This document shows positions 39,348-52,600 of a DNA stretch of 64,000 bases, in pieces (the stretch's first letter is position 1; the number at the start of each line of letters is the position of its first letter). A program made the position numbers and the translations under genes. Under the pieces are notes generated by a model that saw only the letters and a program-made list of their open reading frames with translations, ran no database searches and was not told the DNA's origin. This DNA comes from Nageia nagi (Eukaryota; Plantae; Pinophyta): NCBI GenBank assembly GCA_050084985.1, contig JBITNC010000001.1, forward strand, positions 125,054,001 to 125,118,000, written 5' to 3'.

Positions 39348-40706
39348 TGTAATATACCCAAAAATTCTCAAGTGTAAATTAGCCAAATAAAATACTTCAA
39401 AACATCAAAACTAACCCTCAAGCATGCCATGTCTGATCTAGGGCATCAAATACATGAAATATCAATCTAGGAATGCCAACATCATACACCAAGGCTAATA
39501 TACTATGCCAAATACATCCAGATATGCTATTGTTGCATTACACAAGTACAAACATACAAAATAGCTCAACGTGGGGAATATAGAAGCATGAACATCACAC
39601 AATGAGACTATTATTGAGATTCAGAGTGCTCATGGTTGTATTAATGATGAAAGCAATGAATGATACAATACCAGGCCCAAAGGGCTCAACGTTGACCTCC
39701 AAGGAGCCAATTAGGGCACATATAGTGATGAGATAGATGCTGAAACTGGGGTAGAACAACCACCTCCTACCAGTTCTGTGGATGCCTCACCGAAGGGCTC
39801 TCTCATAGACTAGATCTCAGTGAAGAGATCGGGTGTGGTTTCAGAATGCCATCGGATGGATTCAAAGATGAAGATCGCTTGTGGACGCCTTAGGGTAGGG
39901 CAGTCTCATTCGCATGAACAACACCTCAACTGTGTAAGATAGAAGGTGTCTTAAGCCTCCTATGCTCTCCTTGTGCGCTGCGCTCAAGGTGCTTGACACC
40001 GTCAAGACTTTGGTAGCTTCGAAGAGAAGGGTTTCAATATCAAATTCAGTATGTCTCTGAATTGAAGCTCCTTAGCCTTTTGTAGTTCATCATTGGATTT
40101 GGATCTCACCTCAAAGTCATCAGCCCACCCTCTTGTCTGAACGTTGGCTTCCTAGACGGCCCACAAAGCCTAACAAAGGTGCCTAGGGGTCAAACAAGAC
40201 CCAACGTGGGTATCTGGGTCATCCTCATGCTCAACGTGGGTGCTTGGAAGTCACCCATACCATGTGGGGGTCTAGGAGAGCATGTGTGGGTGTCTTGGGA
40301 TCATAATGAGCCAACGTGGGATCTAGAATGCATGCATGGGTGTTTAGGAGTCATCATGGGCAAACGTGGGGGTCTAGGAGTCTTCCCAAGGCTGGCGCAT
40401 GTGTAGAAGTGCTTCCAAATCCAACATTGGGGCAAATCCATGCTCTAGTGTCATCTATGTGCTGAAAAAGACTTGGGATTCCCACAATCATCTTTAGGAT
40501 CTCCAAGTGTATTAAATGACAAATAAAATAACATATCCTAGCTTGGGAGGAAAACGTCCCTCGTGGGGCTCACAAGTGGGTCCAATGGACCTTTATAATT
40601 CTATCTCAAGGAATTAACAATAATTTTGTGAGGAAATAAATATTTACAAAAAGGAAATCCATAGGATTCTAAAATTAATTAAGTTTTAGGAAAAGGGGAT
40701 GTTACG
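39348..40706 (-). mobile_element. Solo LTR (family S), inverted relative to 3999-5351
   Basis: TGTAATATACCC...GGGATGTTACG termini; perfect TSD CATTT; aligns end to end with the reverse complement of 3999-5351. Confidence 0.92.
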
Positions 40707-42368
40707 CATTTTCTTTTGCCTAATAACTTCTTGTAGGATCATAGTACGGGCAATTGTGCAAGGTTTCATTAGGGTCTATATCCTTCATATTTTGAAGCAT
40801 GTGGTAGAGTTCTCTCCCTCAATGACATCGCCAAAAGGGACAAACTATATATACTTCAAATTGCATTATTTCAAACGATTTTATTTTAGTTTTTTACTTG
40901 TGTCATGCAAAATATCAAATTTGGGCTTGATTGGAGATATTTCAAATTAATTGATATCTTATAACTTAGCATTATCTTATTTAATGCTGGCCTAGGTACT
41001 TTCACGTAGGAGAATTCAAACTAAGATTTCTCAAACCTATATAAAGCAAAAGCAAATTACTCATTCAATATATTGAGATATCTTGAAACGGAGCACCTTA
41101 GAAATTCTGTGAGATGATCACCTTGGCATGCTCTAATGCTAATATCTTGTCCAAGATAGATCATTTTCTTTCAAGCTTTGTGCATGTAATGTATTCAATA
41201 ACATGAACAAGGCTTTGATGTGCAAAATAATGTTCACAAGATTTGCACAAAATAATGGTTATTTTATGCATAAGTGGGTGCACACAAGGGTGAATAAGCT
41301 ATTTTCTTAATCTAACTATCTATCTGTTAATGAAAAAACATTCTTATAAATCACTAGTAAACAAATTGAAATATTTCTTTTATATTTCCAATTTGGGTGT
41401 GATTGATCATATATTTTGAAGTAACATTTGCAAAAAAAGCATCATTTTGAGATCTTTTCACAGTTCTTGCAGTGTGGTTCTTGTAATTTGTTCATAAAAC
41501 CATGTGAGAGGCCTTAAAAACACTAAAAAGACTTGAGAACAGGAAACTAAGCTAAGAAGGCAATGTATGATGACCTTTTGAGGTGGTCTGGATGAAAATT
41601 AAGGTATGAATAAACAGGATTGATTTCAGTTATATGAAATGATTTATCTGTGGGAGAATGTGTGGTATTGAGAAATCTAGTTCCCATTTTCGTGAATTTC
41701 CCTAATATTCTTTAATAACAACATTGCTCTCCACTGTGTCTATTGTGTTTTCTGTCAAATTCATGTATTCAGAATATCTATAGTCAATTGTAAGTTGTGA
41801 TTGAAAAATATTTACGGTGAAAAGTGGGGAATCTTTGCTGCATTTTAGATTTAAGTGGCTTTATGGGAGCCTATCCATCTTATTTGTTGTGTTGTAAATA
41901 TATTGGATGGTGTTGAGGCAGGTTGTTGTTTAATACAGCTGCATTGAAACATTTTGCTGCCTGTGATAGGATTTTGTTGTTTCATTAGCTGGGTCCAATA
42001 GTTTTTTAATACCAAACTGGGATCAAGCTGCTCTCTTCTTTAGGAAACATTAGCACACTTTTATTAAACTGTGGTGAACAAATTTTTTTATATCTTAATC
42101 TATCTTCAATCTTGATAATATTTGGAAGAGAAGTGAGAATTTTTTATGTCACCATATTTATGTTTGCAATGAGCCATTAGACTGAATCTTGCATATTCAG
42201 ATTTAGCAGCTTCTATGCATGTTAGGGATCATGTTCTTGTGAATTTGATTTAGATTTCTGTTATTCTTGGGAAAAAATGGTGAAAGATGATTTGGTTCCA
42301 TTTGACTTGTGATTCTTAAGATTGTATTTAGTGGTAAAAGATGAAACGATGTCTTATTTGGTGTTTAG

Positions 42369-42427
42369 GTATCTCAAAGATTTGCTTCTTAATCCTCCTA
42401 ACTATCAGATTTCATCAGCAATTCAAG
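42369..42427 (+). CDS. MSH1: MSH1 exon (YLKDLLLNPPNYQISSAIQ)
   Basis: tttag| and |gtaaga; YxRDLLLNPP motif; phases consistent. Confidence 0.95.
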
Positions 42428-43681
42428 GTAAGACTTCATTCTCACTGTGTTTCTCAGTTTTGTAGACTTTCACTCAGCAATGTTTAGATTGTCCTGTTAT
42501 ATATACAATTCCGGGAGTTCTGTAATTGAAGAAATTGTTAACCAGGAGGAGAAAATGAGATATACATTAATAATACCATCCAGAATAACTTGTGTCCAAT
42601 ATACCATTACGTACTAAATATTTTAAGTTACAGAAGAGAGACAAGCTAGTAATTTGAAGATGTGTGTGCATATTCTGATTAGCTTGTACATTGCTATTCG
42701 TATCAAAATTGTTGAACTTGAGTCTCATGGTTTGTATACCTGCATGGTTTTCAAATGAATGCTTACATACTTCTGGTTTTTTGACTCGTGAACTAATCTT
42801 GCAAAAAGATGGTCATCCTGAAATCTTTCAGTGTAGGTACAGTGCCAAAGTCAGTGCACACACACATATATATAAACTGGCATATACATACACACTTGTA
42901 TATTGAAATTGATAAGCTGGTTGAGGTGCCTTTGAATAGTTTGTCAAACCTTTTTCAGTAAACGCTAAATCTTCTTGGTGATTAGTCTCATTTGAATTCA
43001 GTTATTAATATTATAGAATACCTTTTTCCGTATAAGCAGCTTTGAGAAACAAAACTAAAACTTTTGATCAGTTATCATGTTGTATATATAAGATAACGTA
43101 ATTCTATTAATGTCCACATACGACCAAACTTGGCTAATGGCACTTTTCATGGATCCTCCTTTTTATTCCCAACTGCCTTTGTGTACTATTTTAGTGTAAC
43201 TCCAATGTATATTCTGTAGTTTTCTTTCTCAGGTTATTGATGTCCACTAAGTCGTAGCTCTGAACCTGTTACAATGTTTTTATTTGCAATTTATTACCTG
43301 CCATGATGTCACATGCGAAGATCCAGATTGCATGGAATTTAAGCGCCAACTACTCGTCACAATATAGGATCAATTTTTATCAACCACAATGATCCTTCCA
43401 TTTTCTCTCTTCATTCCAATTTCCTACTGTAAAATTGTTATTGTTACTAACTTTTGCGGTTCTTAAAGTGATGGCCTTTTAGCTTTTTCGTTTTGTACTT
43501 GAGAAGGGAAGTTGCCTCATAGGTGCTCTTTTTACCAGTATAAACATAGCTAGTTGGCATTATGAATGGAAGCAATTTATGTTGTCTGTGATGTGTGTAA
43601 AACTTACAACTTAGTGGGCATATTTAAAACTTTATTCCAGTAACACTGTTCTTTGCATTGCTGACTTATATTATCTGACAG

Positions 43682-43749
43682 CTGCGTGCAGACTAATGAG
43701 CAGCGTAACCTGTGCAATTCCAGATTTTGTGTGTGTACCAGCTCCAAAG
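43682..43749 (+). CDS. MSH1: MSH1 exon (AACRLMSSVTCAIPDFVCVPAPK)
   Basis: gacag| and |gtttgt; matches CKLMSTVTCSIPEFTCVSSAK. Confidence 0.95.
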
Positions 43750-46444
43750 GTTTGTGTATATTAGCATTTACAGAACAATTTCACTGTTTTTTTTCCTTTT
43801 ATCTATCTTTTTACTTGAAATTTAATGTGTTGCCGACTACTTTGTGAGTGTTTTCAATACTGCAATGGGAGCTCATAGCTACAATTGTTAACACTTCTCC
43901 AATATATTTTGTTAATATGGGATCGGAAATGCAAATTATGGTATCCTCCACCAAACGAACAATGCCATAACATGATTGGTGTGCCTGATGCCATATAAAA
44001 CTGTATATTACTCATCAAAATGGTTAGTAATAGAATATTTATCAGCTAGCCAAAATGGAGCATAAGCATTTTTTAATGTGACTTCTCTGATCTTAATATC
44101 ATTAATAAAAATGGATTTCTATTTTGCTTATGCCCTTTAAAGTGCCACTTTCATAGGACTTTTAAGTGAAGCTGCGCTCAAATGGATTGTTTTTTTCTTT
44201 AGCATCACACACAACTTTTGACCTGATTATATTTGTTCCAGTTTTTTAAAACATTTGTGATGTCATGATAGAATTTTCTTAGTTGTTGATGAATCTTATG
44301 CCTGTTCGAAGGCAGTTGGTTTTACTCTCCTGTTTCTTCTCACTAAGAGAGAGAGAGAGAGATCAAATATGTTGGATGCTTACATGCCTAATTTATGTTC
44401 TTATACTGTTGACAAGATAATTTCTGGAGTCAGTGCCAATTAATTACAAGTATGCAACTATTCCTTGTACAATTTTTTGCATTGTTATAAATACAGTTTT
44501 GCTTTAGAAATGTGTTGTTATGATGGGGAATCAGTTATAGTTTTTCCTTTTCTGTGTGTGCAGACGTATGATATCTTGAGCTACAAACAGATTTTGTATT
44601 CCTTTGGAATTTGAAGTGGAGAATGTTTATTTTGCAAATTTCTATTGACATTCGAGCTCTGTTAATTGCAGTATATATGTACATGATTGAAAAACTAACA
44701 AAAGCTGCATGTCTTTTGATGAATGCCTTGAGAAAGTGAAATTACTGATCTCTTACTCACCTCTACATCTAGAAAGAAAGGTCATCATCCTCATGAGGCA
44801 AAACGGAGTGCCATCATTGCAAAATCTGTCCAGTCGTTTGGTTTTCAAGTTCTACCTTATATAGATTGATAGCTATGGAAGAAAAGGATTTTTGAATTTA
44901 TAGAGGAAGCATAAGAATTGAATTCACAGTTTGGTCCAGTTTGTTCATGGACAGTGATTTCTCATCAATGGATGCAAAGTCTCAGATTAGGCATCCCACT
45001 GATTTGTGAATATCGTATGCCATATAGTCTAGAGAGCTATGGGGATTTTTCATATGCTTGTTTTCTTGAGTAGCAAGTACCTTCACTTGTAAGAGTTAGC
45101 GGAGCCTATACTCTTGTAGTGATAGTATGGAAAGAAACTGATTTGAATGAAAAGGATGGTGCTTTTATAAAAAGAAAACTCATATAGTACATGGACTGTT
45201 GGAGTTGTGTTGTTGATTTCTTCCAACCACTGATATAGTTCCTGATATTGAGCACTTCATGGACCATCTGATGCATGATTTTGGTTAAATGAGGATGAGG
45301 ATATCTTCAACTTTGAGGATGAAAATCTCCCTCCTGTATAATTGCACACACTTAAATTTGCAATTTAGCTATTTAAAATGATTTTAGTAAGTGTTTTATT
45401 TGATTAATGCAAAATGCCAATTTTAGGCTTGCTTGGGGCTATTTTGAAATAAGTGATATCTTTTTTTAATTTTAGCATTATACTATGTAAACATTGACCT
45501 TGGTACGTACACTTTAGTGAAATAGCATAAGGGATTTGCTAGTTGGGGAGAAGATTTCCATGAGCTTAGCCGAGTTTGGAGGGGCTGCTGGGTGTAGAAT
45601 TGACACAAATTTGTGGAGATGCATTGTCTGCAATGGGTCCTTAGGTAGTTTGGGCTGGCTTAGGATAGGCATACCCCATGCATACCACTCTTGCTCTCAA
45701 ACTATTGCTTTGATAATGTGTGACATGCCAATAGGGAACACCTCATTGCGCTTATCAACATAGATAGGGGACGATGTAGCCAAAATCAAACATACACGTG
45801 GAAAAACCTCGAGAGGGCTCGCAATGCAATAACGAAGTAACAACTATTCTTCCTATGGTTTTATTGTGTTGAGCTAGTCGGGTATCGTGCTCATTTTTCT
45901 CCTTCCTTATCTAATGTAGGTTATTCCAAGAACACTAAGTTGGCACAATTAGAGGTTTGCATGATGCAGTACACATCCTCCAATGTGATAGTCATCTCTC
46001 TTATAGCCAAATGAAAGGTGTTGGTATATGGATCTCATCTCTTAGCTAGAGCAATCATTTGGGCATAATCTTGGACTAGGTTTGCCACTTGTATCATCGG
46101 CGACAAAGAAATAGTCTTCAGAATATACAGGTTCGTAGAGCGTGTCAATTCATATCCCCACATAATCTCAATCGGTATGTTGTTAGTCATTTGAGGAGTG
46201 ATCACAAGTTGATGTGCTTGTAAAATTTAACAAAAATTGACAAGATAGTGTGTTTTAGATCCCTTGGGCATTTTGAGCACTTAGTCTCATAATGCAAATG
46301 TTCTAGGATTCGTAGTCTCGAATATTAGTGTTCTAGGTTGTACAACATATAATGCAAGTGCTCTAGGTCTTGGGGCCAAAACACACGCATTCTTGAAACC
46401 TTGCTAGAAAACCCCAAAATGCACAAAGAAGTGTATGTATGATA

Positions 46445-48816
46445 TTTTAGAATACTGTGTTACTATTCCATTATAGATTGTGTATACTTATACATAGTGA
46501 TAATGATAAATCTTGTGACAAATAACTAATTGTCACAAGAGAATGACAATGTAATAACCCTAACAAACTAGAAATGGGTGATCCATGAATGGATCCATAC
46601 AAACAAATATACCAATGATGTAATAATCCTAACATCCCTCCTTATTACTTCAATCTCTAAATGGGGATAATATATTAATAACTACTTGATGAACATATAC
46701 TTGTTCATCAACATACCGTGTACGAATAGGGACTTACACATCTATTTGTGATGAGCAATAGTGGAACTCGCCTCATTATGCTTTTTCATTTGACCATGGA
46801 TAGGGACACACTTAGCCAGCCATGATTTACTACTTCAACTGGATAGGGACACACACACTATCCAAACACCATAGTTGTGAACAAGGACACACGCTACTAT
46901 TCACCTATTTATGATTGAGGACATTGGATAGGGACACACACTATCCAAAAATAAAGTTGTAAACAGGGGCACACACTACCATTTACAACATATGATTGGG
47001 AACATACACACCAATCATCTTCAACAATTGTGATTGGGGACAAACACAACCAATCACATCGATCTAGTTGTGAATGGGGATAAACACAACCATCTATATG
47101 TATAGGTCTTTATTTACCCATACAATTTTAAAGCTTGCCTTTATCTCCATGAGCGTTCTAGAGCATCCTTATGGTAATCTCCCCATCTTATTAGACTGCA
47201 TAGATCACCAGTCGTTGCAATTTCCAAGTGTAATAGAGTAAGTTATTGCATATGAGGATCACTATATCGATTGGAGGTCAAGTCTTCATCTTCTTCAATT
47301 GCCTATGATAACTCGAAGTATCATCAAACCAAGTATACACTGCATGAGGAAAGAATATATTCTCTCCTCTTGATGTGAACTTCTCTTTAGAAGTGTTAGG
47401 TACCATCGACCATGTACTCCAATTTTTCTCTTTTTTTTTGTGAATACAAAAATCCTAAACATATATTCACACCTCAAATAATTTCAAAATAATATTCTTA
47501 ATTTATTAATAGTAATTAAAGATTACTATTAATATAATCCTAATATGCCTAAAAAATAAATTCCAACACAAAAAATAAAATAGACTTCAACCAGAGGGCT
47601 GACATCAATAGCTAAGCAGGTCCATCTCACCATGTCATTTCCAACCTCCCAACTTTGACATGGTGAGTTCCACCCAATCTCTACGCACATGGATGGTCTC
47701 CTCCATTCGTTGATCATCACTCTTGGGCAAAACAACCTCATACAAGGGGTCTAACCCAATAGACATTGGCTTCCCAAGTTCAGCTCACCCTACATGTAGG
47801 AATTAAATGACCACAAAAATATGTGAAGTGAATGACATGAGATTTTGATTGTCCACAAGTTGGAAACTGTGAAATCGAGGTACAATAGTTGAATATCCAC
47901 AAAATAAAAGTGCACAGGTTTATTCAATGTAGCAAGAGATCGACACAAATCACCTCCTTGCAGATCATGATCAACAAGAGATTAAAAATCGTGAGCAGCT
48001 CTCCTTAACCTCAACATGTCTATGTCGTGGTTGTACAAATTGAAAGGCTCTGCTGTAGGTCTCTTCCACCTTGAGTTTGCAAAGTCAACACACTTTCATG
48101 GCACGTCTCCTTGCAGGTTTGGGTACATTTTGTTTGTATTCCGTATACCTCTATGCTATTTGAGCCTTGTAACAATGGTCACATAGCCTCCACATGCAAT
48201 GCACACAAGGTCTTCTTCTACACTTCGCAGTAATGCATAGTTCTTCATACCACATTGAATGTTTTAAAAAAACAAAACCACAAGTTGATGATGTCTGTAG
48301 AAACTGAGCAACTATTGAAAGATAATGCGTGACCAATAGATCCAAATGCATTTTTGTCCGTTACAATATTAAACACCGTAGATCTGAGCACACAAGGCAT
48401 TGGCGGCCTACAAATCTCTTTTTCTAGCATTTCCACATTGTACTCGATACTCGAAACAACCTCTCAAACCAAAACAAAATGAAAAATACATAAATAAATA
48501 AAACTTTTATATTTAAATACATGCTTCTTGAACCAGAACCTTCACATAATCGATTAGGATGATCACCTCACTGACCCATCTCTTTTCACTCAATTCCCTC
48601 TTAGAATCAATAAACCTGTCTCTGATACCATTTTAGAATACTGTGTTACTATTCCATTATAGATGATACATATTTATACATAGTGATAATGATAAACCTT
48701 GTGACAAATAACTGTCACAAGAGAACAACAATGTAACAACCCTAACAAACTTGACATGGGTGATCCATGAATGGATCCATACAAACAAACATACAAATGA
48801 TGTAATAATCCTAACA
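46445..48816 (-). mobile_element. Short-LTR (about 190 bp) non-autonomous retroelement, 2.37 kb, probably Copia-derived
   Basis: Direct repeats at 46445-46634 and 48631-48816; PBS TGGTATCAGAG at 48620-48630; PPT TAAGGAGGGA at 46635-46644; weak gag-like remnant (STVFNIVTDK); no TSD recognised. Confidence 0.85.
46686..47098. other. Tandem hairpin array with conserved GGACAC-like loops and variable complementary stems
   Basis: TGGATAG-ggacacacaca-CTATCCA (46840); TTGGATAG-ggacacaca-CTATCCAA (46924); GTTGTAAA...TTTACAAC (46956); ATGATTGG-gaacatacaca-CCAATCAT (46992); TGTGATTGG-ggacaaacacaa-CCAATCACA (47029); plus degenerate copies. Confidence 0.85.
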
Positions 48817-49609
48817 ACGTCACCATGGTTGAAGTTTTGTATGAAACAAATTTCAAATTTTTTAGAGAAAACAATCTCAGAAACAACAAAAAAGAAGTTT
48901 CAAATCTTGTCTAGAAATGTAGAAAAATCACAAAATTGAGTTTTTTAACATGATCTTTCAGCAATTCTCCGATATTATATATTATATATTTTTAATGTCA
49001 TTTAATTGTTTTATGAGCTTCAATATTGAAATCTCCAAAAACAAAACACTTTGCAGGCATCCTCGGCTTATTGCAAATCATGCTGCAATTTTTGCCCAAT
49101 TCTGACACGAATTGTAAAATCCCAACATTTTGGGACCTTTGGCCCAAAATGCCAACTGGACCTTGGATTCTCATGCCCTAAAACACCAACATTCTGGCCT
49201 GAGTCATTCTTCGGCAGTTTCACCTCAATTTGTGTGCCAAATCATTTTAGAAACCCTTCATTAGTCATTTTTCATGCATATCAATTTTTGAACTATATTA
49301 ATGGTTTTAGATTGCCATGTTTGTGTAAAAGCGCATTTCTATTTAAAATTTGTGGAATTGTCAGCTGGAATAGGTCACAAATTGCCCAACAAGTGGGCCA
49401 ACTCAGATTTATCCGATGATATTAATGCCGGTTTTATCATTTTCTGAATTATCTTCCATTTTATAAAAAAAACATGAACCTTCATATTGAACTAAACAAG
49501 CAATTCTATATCTTAGCATGCTCATCAAGGTTAGGCAATTTCAATATTTATCATTATTACAACCAATATATTTTTTGTTGAGCATAGGTCTTAACATGTG
49601 ACCCAAAGC

Positions 49610-52600
49610 CGTAACACTCCAAATTAGAAAAAATATAATTTTACTCAAAATACGCAGTTCCAAAATACAACAAAATGGATTTGAGACAAATAAATCAGAT
49701 TTTGACACGAGATTCAAGTCTCAAGGGCATGAGATCACCTTGAGGGGAATGAAAGAACACTATCCTCAACAAGGAACTTCAAGCAAATTGGAAGCAGTAT
49801 ATGATGGAGTTCTTGAGGGGAACCCCATTTCAGATTGGAGGGAGATTGAGAATTTCAGGGGAGCATGGAGTGAATTTGGTTCAAGAGAAAAGCAAGGAGG
49901 ACATTGAGATTTTCCAGTATCCAGATTCAAGCATCCGAGTTAGATGTCCAGTCTTGGAGTGGCGTTGGGAACATCTATGGCATCCAGATATCTTTGGGAG
50001 TCTCCAACACTTAGCTTTGGGCCTTCAAATGGGATTTCCAGGTTTACGGAGGCTTTGGGAGCATCTTGAGCTTCCAAACCAGTGGCATTTAGTCTTGGGG
50101 AGGGATGTCCATTCTCTAGGGCCACATTCATGCCATTTGGAGGAGTTCATTGCTGCAACTGTGACATCTTGGGCTGAAATTTGGAGGATGACTACTGCTG
50201 TGTTCGTGAAATTTCAGGCTGCATCTTGGAAGATGCTTACAGCTGATTTATTGAGGCTGATTTGGACTGTCATTTCTTCACAATCTGGCACAACAGACTC
50301 ATTGAAGACTGGAGTGTGTTGCATAAGGTTTGGGGCTGCCTATGTGTTAATTTGGACTGCGTTTGGAGCTGCAAACTTAATATTGTTATAGGCTACAGTG
50401 GTGATGACTGGGCCTATGTTTGGGGCAGCAAACATGTGGTTTGGGGCTGCCATGGAGTTGTTGATGATGGTTGTGTTTTTCATGGAGTATGGGACTGATA
50501 TGCACATGCACAAGCTAGTAGATTTCATATATGCTTATTTGCAAGACATGAAAGATTTGTAGATGATATTGGATGTGATGTTCTTGACTGGAACCATGAC
50601 TAAAAATGAGACTTCTATGATGATTTGGGTGACTTACCTTTGGGCTTATGGAGCAGTAGTTGCTAGGTCTGATATGCATGCACATGAGTAAGTAGACTTC
50701 ATATTTGCTTATGATCAGACATTGGAGACCTTGTTGCTAAGGATGGAGTTGCGCATCTGGTTTGGCATTGCTTGAGGACAAGCAATTTTGAGTGGGGAAG
50801 ACTTGTAACATCCCTATTTTTGCATGCTTTCCACATTTTTTGTTTTGAAGATGATATGGCCTATTTGGAGGAGTGCATCCCATGTCCAGGAGTGATGTGT
50901 CATTATTTAGAGGAGACTTGGCATTTAGAGGAGGATTTGTGATATGTTAGAGCTTCTCATGAGATTGGTGGGGACCTTGGAGAGGTTTGGAGTCTCATGG
51001 AGGGCCATCTAGCTATGCACACATGGAGTGCTCCTCTCATTTGCATTGTTATGACTAATCTAACTGCTAAGGGTGTGACGTCCCTCTCCTAGGAATGTGT
51101 GACCGTGATTTAATTAATTTAGGAGTATTTCATTGTATTTAGGAGTGATGCTTATATTTTTATATTTAATGGGACTTTATTGACAATTATGACCCTTGAA
51201 AGAGTATTAATCCTCTTTTAAGTGAAACGTCCCATATCTAGGTGTAATTTTGTATTTTTGAGGCATTAATTTATGCTCACTTCTAATCATGTGGTGTAGA
51301 TCTCTAGGTGTGATTTTTCTACTTCCTTAGTGGCATTGTGAGATCCTAGGTGTGGTGTCCTGTTGTGCATGACTTCGGGATGAGATCTAGAGCCCAAAAT
51401 GGGACATTCAACTATATGAGGGTGTGGCGCATCATTTGGAGGACATCTTTGCTATCTATCATCATCTTTCTTGAGACATGGCCACCAAGTTAGATTCTTC
51501 CCTTGCTATGGACGAAAACTTGCAATGAGGAAGTTTCTTGGGGACGAAAACCCTCATGAAGCTTTTTGTGAACCAAGGGTGAAAACCCTTGTTTTCATAG
51601 GAGTGAATTCCTCACAAGATTTACGGGGTGCTCCAGAGCAATTGTGTTCTAGAGATTAGATGCAGCCTTCAGAACTAGTTACTTGTACCCTTTGGAAGGT
51701 TCATCCAACTAGAAGAGGTGTGTCCAATTAGTGGTAGTCGTGCATCCTGCTTGGAAGGACAATTTCCGGAGATTCTTAGCTTTGTAGTGGTTCATGTAGT
51801 TCTGGGAGCATTTTGAGCACTTTTGTAGTAGACCTAGTCATCTGTAGTTTGGAGTGAGACATCCGACCCTTGAAAAATTTTGAGCATTATTCTTGGTTAC
51901 AACTTGCCCAGTACACTCGAGATGAGTGCTCAAGGAAAGATCTAGGTTTTAGTTTTCTTCCCCTTGGTTTCTCTTTCCTTGGCTGGTCTTCTTCCACTCA
52001 ACACAACTTGTAGTTCTGCAAACTTAATCTTAAACTAAGTTTTTCTTGGTGTGCTTCACAAAATGGCTATGAGTTCACAAGAAAAACGCTTAGTTTTTCT
52101 TCTCCTTTGTTTTTCCTTCTCCAATCAGATTTGGAGCATGAGAAATTAATCTCAAATAAAACAAGGATCTTCCAAAATACTTTGATACCATATCAAAAAT
52201 GAGTGAGCCAAGAGAGCAACCTTCATTAATGAGAAAGATGGTTTAAATACAAAGAGTCTCAGTAGTCACATTCTTATAGAATAATGGCTTATTAAACTAC
52301 CACAAACCCAAAATATTTATTTAACAGTTGTAATAATGCTAATGTATTTATTTGAATAACTAGGTTATACTAGATACTAAAGTATCTAATATTTAGTTTA
52401 TTATTTATTGTAACAACATGCTAAAAAAGTGTTAGTTACTAGTTACTACATATCAATGATATATCAAACTATAAAATCAACATCAAAGTACTAGAACAAT
52501 GATGTTGACAAAGAGAAATAAGGTTATTCTACACAAAATGAAAAACAATGTATTAAAATATGTCCAATTTTTTTGTCAACATAATGAAAGATAGATTAAT

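Larger units (their letters stand above)
37100..41200. repeat. Large unclassified dispersed repeat (family A), copy 1; contains a 30-bp x6 array at 38640-38820
   Basis: Aligns with 46260-46380, 48850-49609 and the reverse complement of 52990-53626 (for example cccaaagcaaaa..c.atcaa.atcat and tcttggcatg.t.ta.tgctaatatct). Ends are undefined. Confidence 0.65.

Noticed and set aside
44346-44361. (AG)n microsatellite
   Set aside because: Ordinary short SSR with no functional evidence.
46721-47098. CRISPR array or miRNA cluster interpretation of the hairpin array
   Set aside because: The constant part is the loop rather than a full repeat, spacing is short, and 7-10 bp stems are too short for pre-miRNAs.
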